Positions 15,903 to 23,185 of a stretch of DNA of 24,906 bases are shown piece by piece. The first letter of the stretch is position 1, and each line of letters opens with the position of its first letter. Position numbers and translations under genes: made by a program. A model generated the notes under the pieces. It saw only the letters and a list, made by a program, of their open reading frames with translations. It did not search any database and was not told the origin of the DNA. Source of the DNA: Phycisphaerae bacterium (GTDB lineage Bacteria > Planctomycetota > Phycisphaerae > UBA1845 > UTPLA1); the NCBI GenBank assembly GCA_046754005.1, contig JBHHUV010000001.1, positions 1-24,906 on the forward strand. The letters run 5' to 3'.

Positions 15903-16961
15903 TCAGTCGGATTTTGCGGGTCGCATCAACTGGTCCTGGCCGCTTCCATACGGTATGCGAAGTGAATCCGTGTGTAGAATCGCCTTCGTCTCGAGGTCGG
16001 TCAATTCGATCGTGGCCTGGCATGCCCGGCCGACGCGTTCCAGGTGTCCGTAAAGAACGGCGTGTGCACCCTCGGCCTTGTCCAGATCGGTACGCGAATT
16101 TTCGTCAAAGAATGGCGTGTGTTCGATACGCTGCATGTCCAGGGCGGATTTCAGGCCCCGACGCGCCATCAACCGCAACTCCACGGATCGGCCCTTCTCC
16201 TGAAGTTCGGCCTGGAGAAAACTCATCAGGGCCTTGCCATAGAGTGATTCGTCCGGAATGTTTGGGCCCTTCAGTGTACCAAGGGCGACTTTCAGTCCGT
16301 TCAGCCGATTCCGGCGGATGGCCGTGATCAGATTGCCCCCAAGACGCGAGGCGGCGGTTCGCAACTGTCGGTCGATCGGTGGCGCCGAGGTCGGTTTCTT
16401 CAAGTGCTTGATCGGCGGGCGATGAAGATGCGCTTCGTTCGTATCGGTTCGATCCATCCGCCAGCCCGAGGTACACAGGATGCGGGCCGTGCGAAGCTCG
16501 ATTGCCCGGCAACGAATGTCGAATTTCTCGGGATAGTCGTCGATGGTGCCGGTAATGATGACCGTCGCCGGCGTTTTTTGTCCGAATGCCACAATGTTTC
16601 GGTCGAAGGCGAAGTCGGACCACTGGAATTCATGCTCGTCGAGCTGGAGCTCAAGATCCCGTCGGTCCAGTACGATTTGACCGATCTCCTCGTGAAGGTG
16701 ATCCGCCAGATAATCTGCAAGACGCTGGCCAAAATAGGTGGCCTTCCCTTCCGTCAACAGATCACAGACGGCGACCCGGGCATGACCCCCGGCGGGAAGA
16801 CACTCGGATAAATCTCCTGCAAGATGACGCGCCGCCACCTGGAGGTCCGTCATGCTGTTGGAGCATCCACACGCGAAAGCCGCTAGAAAAGAGATCAGCA
16901 GGATCGTTGCGACTGGGTGACAATCCGGCATTCTCGCGGAAGCATACTTGTGATGTTCCAT
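15903..16961 (-). CDS. Lipoprotein with two FlgO/CsgG-like domains (paralog of 10253-11941 without DUF4384)
   Basis: Lipobox AFACG-C. It has RVAVCDL...FGQRLADYL...VLDRRDLELQLDE...ATVIITGTI, and its second domain shares QRIEH..FFDE.S, DLETK and GQ..L.RP..SD with the paralog. The start may be 16961 or 17006. Confidence 0.8.
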   Translation of the reverse strand: MEHHKYASARMPDCHPVATILLISFLAAFACGCSNSMTDLQVAARHLAGDLSECLPAGGHARVAVCDLLTEGKATYFGQRLADYLADHLHEEIGQIVLDRRDLELQLDEHEFQWSDFAFDRNIVAFGQKTPATVIITGTIDDYPEKFDIRCRAIELRTARILCTSGWRMDRTDTNEAHLHRPPIKHLKKPTSAPPIDRQLRTAASRLGGNLITAIRRNRLNGLKVALGTLKGPNIPDESLYGKALMSFLQAELQEKGRSVELRLMARRGLKSALDMQRIEHTPFFDENSRTDLDKAEGAHAVLYGHLERVGRACQATIELTDLETKAILHTDSLRIPYGSGQDQLMRPAKSD

Positions 16962-17366
16962 GACCGATCCCCGACGCCCAGAGTCATTTACCGGATAAAC
17001 GATCATGGAAGCGGACTGCTGCCCGATCGCTCATAAGGCAGGGCGCAGATTAGGGAGCCGATAGGTTCATGTCAAGTTCACACCAGCGAGGTTTCGAGCA
17101 ACGAGCCCCATGCTCGATCTCGACGGGTCTCATCAACGTCGCGGAAATCTCCCTCCTCGCCATGCCCGGATGGCCTATCTCCGTCATGCCGCGATGGATC
17201 CCACCCCCGAAACCGACATCCCATACAATCAGGGAGCATTCTTTCATGAATCCTTATTGATAGGGAACTTCGATATCGTTACCATATTATTTCACGTCGT
17301 CGGGTTCCAGTATTGACTTGGCGTGTCTTTATTCCCGGACACGTGAGCGGATTGAAGGGCAAAATC

Positions 17367-19463
17367 ATGGCCCATAACCTGCCTGAATCGGATGATGCTT
17401 CGGCACTGGAAGACACACGAAGCCACGGCCGGCTGATCGGTCTGATCGTGGGAGTCGTCGTGGTGCTGATCGCCGGCACCCTGATCGTCAGGATTGGCCT
17501 GCCTCAGCGATACACCCGGTTGATCGCGCGGGCGCGCATCCTGGCGGAGGAACAGGAAAGGTTCGACGCAGCCTCACGACTGTGTGCCCGAGCCCGCGAC
17601 CTGTCTTCTTCCGAAACACCCGAATATGACGAGGCCGAGTCGCTGCGCATGGGCTACGCGATGGAGGTTCTCGTGCGCGAAGCCGAGGCCGCCGCGCAGG
17701 CGAAGGACTGGCAGCGTGTCCTGGAACTCACCGACCAGGGTCTTGAACTCGCCACTCGCAATGACACCGTGGAAGGCCGCCTGCTCGAACTTCAACGCCG
17801 GGCGCGCCTGCAGGACAAGCTCGACATTGAAGGCCTGTTGGCGCGTTCGCGGTCAGCCTTGGAGAGCGGCGATGCCGATACGGCGATCAATATGCTCGAA
17901 AATGCCGAGGCATTCGCCGAGACCGACAATGGCGATGCCGACGCCCTGCTGGCTCGCGCCTATCGAATCGCGGGTCGATTCACCGATGCGAATCGGATCT
18001 TGGGAATATTACTGGATGGGGAAGACGCCGTCGATCCCCTCAGCGCCATGGGGCACTTCGAACGGGCCTATGTTCGCCTGCACCACGATCGAGATGTATC
18101 TGGGGCCATCGAATCGGCCAGCGCGGCCCTCGCCGCTGTCGACGAGGACGACAAGAGTTTGCGGCTCGAAGCCTATACCCTTCGCGGCGCGGCGTATCGG
18201 GAGGCCGGCGATCTCGAGCAGGCCGCTCGCGACTTCACGCAGGTCGTGGAATCAGACCCCCGTCCTGATCTGTCCATCACGCTCGCGGAGACCCTCCTTG
18301 CCATCGAGCGATACGAGGAGGCACGCGGCAGAATCGAAGAACTGCTGGCCCTTGATAGCCGGGAGGCCGATCAAGTCAAACCGCACGGGCATATTCTTCT
18401 CGCTCGGGCCATGGCCATGTTGGGAGACGTGCCGGCCGCGCTGCGACACCTGGGCCATGGGCTGCGGCTCAACTATCGGGATCTGTACCCGCTGACGCGC
18501 AACCTGTCGGCCCAAACGCCACAACGCCATGCCGCGTTGCGGACGATCGTCGAAGAGCCTCAGTTCGCTCCCCTCGCCGAGACCGACTTGTTCATGGCCC
18601 TCCGAAAGATACACGAGCACTACATTGTTGCCGATATGGTTGCGATCGAGGCCGGCGCCTTTCATCAAGGATCCCCGCCCGGCCCGGATCGACGCGACGA
18701 GCAACCGCGTGTGCCCGTCACCTTGAGTGCCTTCTACGTGGATCGCCATGAAGTCACCAACCGGGAGTATGCCGAGTTTCTGGCCTCCATCGCAGCGGCC
18801 GATCCGGATCCGACCGGCGAACGGACAGGGGTGCGGTCCGCCCTGTCCCAGGAGCCCGGGCACTGGCACGATCCGAACTATGGTGAGGCGCGGCCAGACG
18901 CCCCGGTCGTCGGCGTGGATTGGTTTTCCGCCGATGCCTATGCACGTTGGGCCGAGAAACGACTGCCAACCGAGGCGGAATGGGAGCGTGCGGCCTGCGC
19001 CGGGAGGGAAACGATCTTTCCCTGGGGAAACGAGGATCCTTCCCGCAAGGCTGTCAACGTGGATGGTGCCTATCGCGGAACGCGAGAGGTGGAACAATGC
19101 CCGGGGGATGTGACTCCCGAAGGCGTGCATGATCTCGGCGGCAATGTTATGGAGTGGTGCCGAGATTATTACGACAGCCAGGCCTATGCAAAACGCGAGA
19201 CTGGAGCGGTGGACCCGGTTCGACTGAAACCGCCGGCAGGTGTTGCGGGTGTTGGTCCGCTCATCAACGACCGCGTCCTCCGTGGTGGAGCATGGAACCT
19301 GAAACTCGGCTCGTCGCGTGTGACACGCCGGCACCGGTTACCCCCTGATACACGGGATACCCATGTAGGCTTCCGATGCGTTCGCCCCCTGGATCCGAAA
19401 CTTCGGGCCTTTGACTTGAGTTTGCCTCTTCAACTCGTTCGGGAAACCGACCCATCCCACTGA
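17367..19463 (+). CDS. Membrane-anchored TPR + SUMF1/FGE-sulfatase-like domain protein
   Basis: N-terminal TM helix (LIGLIVGVVVVLIAGTLIV) and TPR-like repeats. FGE motifs: FYVDRHEVTNREY, PVVGVDW, KRLPTEAEWERAA, DLGGNVMEW, RVLRGGAW and GFRCV. ATG 17367 is preferred over TTG 17313. Confidence 0.9.
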   Translation: MAHNLPESDDASALEDTRSHGRLIGLIVGVVVVLIAGTLIVRIGLPQRYTRLIARARILAEEQERFDAASRLCARARDLSSSETPEYDEAESLRMGYAMEVLVREAEAAAQAKDWQRVLELTDQGLELATRNDTVEGRLLELQRRARLQDKLDIEGLLARSRSALESGDADTAINMLENAEAFAETDNGDADALLARAYRIAGRFTDANRILGILLDGEDAVDPLSAMGHFERAYVRLHHDRDVSGAIESASAALAAVDEDDKSLRLEAYTLRGAAYREAGDLEQAARDFTQVVESDPRPDLSITLAETLLAIERYEEARGRIEELLALDSREADQVKPHGHILLARAMAMLGDVPAALRHLGHGLRLNYRDLYPLTRNLSAQTPQRHAALRTIVEEPQFAPLAETDLFMALRKIHEHYIVADMVAIEAGAFHQGSPPGPDRRDEQPRVPVTLSAFYVDRHEVTNREYAEFLASIAAADPDPTGERTGVRSALSQEPGHWHDPNYGEARPDAPVVGVDWFSADAYARWAEKRLPTEAEWERAACAGRETIFPWGNEDPSRKAVNVDGAYRGTREVEQCPGDVTPEGVHDLGGNVMEWCRDYYDSQAYAKRETGAVDPVRLKPPAGVAGVGPLINDRVLRGGAWNLKLGSSRVTRRHRLPPDTRDTHVGFRCVRPLDPKLRAFDLSLPLQLVRETDPSH

Positions 19464-19473
19464 TCGGGAGAAA

Positions 19474-19653
19474 AAAGGGGTCAGGCTACATTTACGACGA
19501 TGGAAGCTCTGTGATTGCACGAAGCCCGGCCCCATCCGGTCAGGATCAAGCTTCGACGGCTGATTCATGGATTCATGCAGTCAAACCCATGCGATCAAAG
19601 TCGAATACACCTGTGTGCCACAAAAGGGGACGTAAAAATAGCCTGTCACCTTT
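19474..19653. repeat. 180-bp segment bounded by imperfect 20-bp inverted repeats (REP/MITE-like)
   Basis: The left arm is AAAGGGGTCAGGCTACATTT (19474-19493). The reverse complement of the right arm (19634-19653) is AAAGGTGACAGGCTATTTTT, a 16/20 match. An extra AAAGGGGAC lies at 19623-19631. Confidence 0.55.
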
Positions 19654-19956
19654 CTGAAAACGTAGTCCCGCCGGTGTGGTGGGGGCAACAGTCACGTCAA
19701 GATCACGCATGATTGAACCGATAAGGCTCACATCGAGCCGAAATACCATAGGGAATCATTCGTGATAACAACCAGCAAAAATCAGACCGGCAGCAAAAAA
19801 CAGGCCGACAGCAGCAAGCAGGCCGGGGCCACTCTTGTTCCAGTTGATCCGACCGGGCGAGGCCGAGTCGGAAAGCCTTTACCGTCCGATCATTGTTCAC
19901 ACGACGAACCAACGCGAGTGTCATCCTTCGTCCACTCGGATGATCCGTCCAATAAC

Positions 19957-22149
19957 ATGAATCCGCCTGAGGCGCTCCCACCCTTCTGTCGGTCACGCCC
20001 GCTGTTGGCCATCCTGGTGATCAGCGTTTTGGGATTGTTTGTGGAACTGATGCTGATTCGCTGGATCGGCACGGAGGTGCGCATATTTGCTTATCTGCAA
20101 AACACCGTACTGGTGGTCTGCTTCCTCGGGCTTGGGCTGGGCGCCTTCACTTGTCGTCAATCCGTCGATTTTCGCCGCTTGCTCACACCGCTTCTGGTAT
20201 TACTCCTGTTGCTGGCGATTCCATTCACCCGGCGCGCACTGGGCAGCATCAGCGAGATGCTCGGGTCTTTGGAAGGCGTGATGATCTGGCACCAGGCGAT
20301 CAGTGAGCAACCGATCAAGACATTCGGATACGTTTTTCTGGGGCTTGCCACCACATTTTTACTCCTATTGTTAATCGCCGAGATATTCGTGCCCATCGGT
20401 CGATGTCTGGGAAGGCTGTTGGATGATCATCCGAATACCATTCGGGCCTACTCGGTCAACGTGATCGGAAGCCTGCTGGGGATTTGGGGATTCGTCGCCC
20501 TGAGCGTGCTGTATCTGCCGCCCGGGGTGTGGATGGCCCTGGCGGCTATGCTGCTGGTCCCCTTTTTGTGGCGTGGAAGCCATGCACGGCTCAACACGGG
20601 TCTTCTGTTCGGTTGCGTAGGGCTGGCCTGGATCGCCGGTCTGGATCAAAAGGCCATCAGCGTGCATTGGTCGCCCTATCAAAAACTCGTTCTGCGTGAA
20701 ATCGAGGATCGCGAGGGGAAGGTGGGTGAGCTCTCGGTCGAAGTCAACAACACGGGTTTTCAGGCGATCGTGGACCTGCGAGAGGAGACGGTCTTGGCCG
20801 ATCCGGAACGATACCCGCCCAAGATGCGCGGATGCAGCCAGTATGACTTGCCGTCGCTGCTGCACCCCCATCCGCAGAGCCTGCTCGCCGTTGGGGCGGG
20901 CACCGGCAACGACGTAGCAGGGGCCTTGCGACAGGGCGTGAAGGAGGTGGTCGCGGTGGAGATTGATCCCGCGATCATCGACATCGGCACGCGGCATCAC
21001 CCGGAGAAGCCCTACGACTCGCCGCGCGTCACTGTTGTAAACGATGATGCGCGCAGCTATTTCGCGGGCTGTCGGCGCAAATTCGACGTGATCTCGTTTG
21101 GTCTGCTGGATTCGCACACGATGACTTCGATGACCAATGCCCAACTGGATCACTATGTCTATACGCGCGAAAGCATGGAGCAGGCGAAGTCGTTGCTGAC
21201 CGAGCATGGGGTTGTTGTGCTGTCCTTCGCGGCCGTGAAGCCGTTTATCGAGGATCGCATCGCGGGAACGTTGCGAAGCGTCTTTGGGGAGGAGCCGATC
21301 TGCTTTGGATTGCCCTCAACGCATTATGGATGGGGCGGGACGATGTTCATCGCCGGCGATCTGGAAACCGCCCGTGAACAGATCGCCACGAATCGCCCGT
21401 TGGCGGCGATGGTTGCGGAGTGGCAACAGAAGTTCCCCGTGGCGCTTTCGTACACCACGCCGATCACGACCGACGATTGGCCCTACCTCTACCTGGAATC
21501 GCGACACATCCCGATCCTCTTCTTTTTTCTGGTGGGGCTGATGGCCCTGTTGATGTGGCGTTTTCAGAGAAAGTTGCAGATGCCGAATCTGCTGAAGAGC
21601 TGGTCGTTGAGCCACTGGCACTTTTTCTTTCTTGGCGCGGCCTTTCTGCTGCTGGAGGTTCAAAACATCAGCAAGGCGTCGGTGGTCCTGGGCAATACCT
21701 GGTGGGTGAGTGCGGTGATCATCTCCGGCGTCCTGATCATGGTTCTATTGGCCAATGCCATCACGGAACGGTTTCCCAACATTCCTCGGGGACCGGTCTA
21801 TCTGGCGTTGTGCGGATCCTGTGTGATTTTGTATTTTGTAGATATTTCGCGGTTTGCCTCGATGCCCTTTGCCTCCAAGGCGATCATCGTGGGCGGCCTG
21901 ACGACGCTGCCCATGTTCTTCAGCGGGCTTGTCTTTATCCGATCATTCTCGCTCACACCCAGCAAGCACGAGGCTCTTGGAGCGAACCTGATGGGCGCGC
22001 TGGCGGGGGCGCTGCTCCAATCGATCACCTATTGGAGCGGCATCAAGGCGCTGCTCTTGATCGTGACGGTCTTGTATCTGTTGGCGGCAATCACGGCAAC
22101 GCTATCGACTCAGGATCGACGGGTCGGTCCGAATCCAGTTCCTGTTTGA
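19957..22149 (+). CDS. Multi-TM membrane protein with a central spermidine-synthase-like SAM/dcSAM-binding domain
   Basis: Hydrophobic N- and C-terminal helices flank VHWSPYQKL, LAVGAGTGNDV (GxGxG), VAVEIDPAII, VVNDDARSY and TTDDWPYLYL. The start is placed at ATG 19957; the upstream in-frame extension to 19762 looks non-coding. Confidence 0.88.
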   Translation: MNPPEALPPFCRSRPLLAILVISVLGLFVELMLIRWIGTEVRIFAYLQNTVLVVCFLGLGLGAFTCRQSVDFRRLLTPLLVLLLLLAIPFTRRALGSISEMLGSLEGVMIWHQAISEQPIKTFGYVFLGLATTFLLLLLIAEIFVPIGRCLGRLLDDHPNTIRAYSVNVIGSLLGIWGFVALSVLYLPPGVWMALAAMLLVPFLWRGSHARLNTGLLFGCVGLAWIAGLDQKAISVHWSPYQKLVLREIEDREGKVGELSVEVNNTGFQAIVDLREETVLADPERYPPKMRGCSQYDLPSLLHPHPQSLLAVGAGTGNDVAGALRQGVKEVVAVEIDPAIIDIGTRHHPEKPYDSPRVTVVNDDARSYFAGCRRKFDVISFGLLDSHTMTSMTNAQLDHYVYTRESMEQAKSLLTEHGVVVLSFAAVKPFIEDRIAGTLRSVFGEEPICFGLPSTHYGWGGTMFIAGDLETAREQIATNRPLAAMVAEWQQKFPVALSYTTPITTDDWPYLYLESRHIPILFFFLVGLMALLMWRFQRKLQMPNLLKSWSLSHWHFFFLGAAFLLLEVQNISKASVVLGNTWWVSAVIISGVLIMVLLANAITERFPNIPRGPVYLALCGSCVILYFVDISRFASMPFASKAIIVGGLTTLPMFFSGLVFIRSFSLTPSKHEALGANLMGALAGALLQSITYWSGIKALLLIVTVLYLLAAITATLSTQDRRVGPNPVPV

Positions 22150-22184
22150 TGCACCACGGGGGCTGTGGGACGAGCCGGAAGAAT

Positions 22185-22205
22185 GGTGGGCGGTGCCTAC
22201 CCTAC
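22185..22205 (-). repeat. GTAG-family REP-like palindrome between convergent genes
   Basis: The minus strand reads GTAG-GGTAGGC-ACC-GCCCACC: a GTAG tetranucleotide followed by a 7-bp hairpin with one mismatch. Confidence 0.65.
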
Positions 22206-22225
22206 ACAACTTTCAGGGCTGAGGA

Positions 22226-22753
22226 CTAAACACGTTTGTTGGTTTTGCGTCGAGGCGCCGTGCTGCCTTTACGTGCGCCGGTCTTGCTCGTGCGTTTGGG
22301 CCTGGACTTGAGTGTCGTTTCGTAGAAGTCGATGAATTTCTTCGCCGGAACACGGCGGACCGCCTCGCCGACCACCTCTAGCGCCACGTCGTCTAATTTC
22401 CGGAAACGAACGCACGACTTTCCCATGTTCAGCTTTTTGCCGGTCCTGGTCCATGCGGTGCGGAACCAGGATTCGTGCTCGGGATCGCCGTATACGCACA
22501 TCAGGGACATCGTCATGTAGTTCTTTTGCGACGCCAGACCGGCGAAGGGCAGCGGCTGTTTCGGATCGCAATGATAACCGGGGGGATAGACGCTGTGCGG
22601 CACATAGTAGCCGATCGCGCCATATTGCATCCCTTCGGCGTAGCCCTTTGGTAGGTTCTTGAGAATGACGGCGCGGACGGCTGAAAGCGTCTCGCGTCGA
22701 TCTTCCGGGAGTTCGGCGAGGTACTGGTCCACCGTTTTGGCCTTGCTTTGCAT
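22226..22753 (-). CDS. DUF1801 (YdhG-like) domain protein with a basic C-terminal tail
   Basis: MQSKAKTVDQYLAELPEDRR...GYAEGMQYGAIGYYVPHSVYPPGYHCDPKQPLPFAGLASQKNY...KKLNMGKSCVRF is the characteristic DUF1801 pattern. Confidence 0.92.
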   Translation of the reverse strand: MQSKAKTVDQYLAELPEDRRETLSAVRAVILKNLPKGYAEGMQYGAIGYYVPHSVYPPGYHCDPKQPLPFAGLASQKNYMTMSLMCVYGDPEHESWFRTAWTRTGKKLNMGKSCVRFRKLDDVALEVVGEAVRRVPAKKFIDFYETTLKSRPKRTSKTGARKGSTAPRRKTNKRV

Positions 22754-23006
22754 GGTTGAATTGTACCAGAAACGGCGCCGAATTCAACATCGTTTCGATT
22801 CAACTCGCCCTCGATCCGCATTATCTGCGCTCCCCGGAGGGTATGCGATTGGGGCGATTCTTGCCGATATAGGTGTGTATTGGGTCGCGAGGCCCCAATT
22901 CAGGGCAAGGAATCTCAACTGCTATGCCGCCGGTTTCCAATTGGTGCGGCACAGTTGGGAAAACGTGCGTGTTTCGCGAGGCCATCGCCCGATACGTTGT
23001 TCCATA

Positions 23007-23113
23007 AGCCCGTTGAAACGGGCTAAGACAGATGGATGAGGGCACCGCGCCACCGGCCCTAAAGGGACCGGCCTGAAGCCCGCCTTCGGCGGGGAAGGCC
23101 GCTAAAGCGGCCT
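23007..23113. repeat. Cluster of four short palindromes (three with T[A/G]AA loops), REP-like or structured RNA
   Basis: AGCCCGT-TGAA-ACGGGCT (23007-23024); CCGGCCC-TAAA-GGGACCGG (23053-23071); CCCGCC-TTC-GGCGGG (23079-23093); AGGCCGC-TAAA-GCGGCCT (23096-23113). Confidence 0.65.
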
Positions 23114-23185
23114 GATGTGTTATCCATGCCACCAAGTTCACTAAACACAGACGAAACCTGTGCCACTGGTTGCTAGAGGTTTGTG

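Noticed and set aside
15808-16023. N-terminal extension of the protease ORF to 16023
   Set aside because: It overlaps the upstream gene by 120 nt and precedes a clear RBS plus signal peptide at 15807.
14200-16327. Long plus-strand ORFs 14200-15450 and 15317-16327
   Set aside because: They are antisense shadows of the minus-strand protease and lipoprotein genes, with no recognisable motifs.
10253-16961. Flagellar (flgO/flgT) or curli (csgG) operon
   Set aside because: Only fold-level resemblance in fused multi-domain proteins; no other flagellar or curli genes, so no gene symbols were assigned.
17050-17316. Short ORFs of 63-68 aa in the divergent intergenic region
   Set aside because: No convincing RBS, motif or composition; more likely promoter DNA. 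No specific promoter could be supported either.
19260-19400. DGR variable region in the FGE/CLec-like domain
   Set aside because: No second copy (template repeat) and no reverse transcriptase in the window; it cannot be excluded elsewhere in the genome.
18252-21207. Minus-strand ORFs 18252-19334 and 20371-21207
   Set aside because: They are antisense shadows of well-supported plus-strand genes in GC-rich DNA.
23069-23120. Hammerhead ribozyme (CTGAAG-stem-GAAG)
   Set aside because: The core deviates from CUGANGA...GAAA (A9 missing, GAAG instead of GAAA), and no stem I/III arrangement with an NUH site was found.
23091-23170. Cobalamin riboswitch (GGGAAGG and GCCACTG motifs)
   Set aside because: The motifs occur in the wrong order and the other conserved elements are absent.
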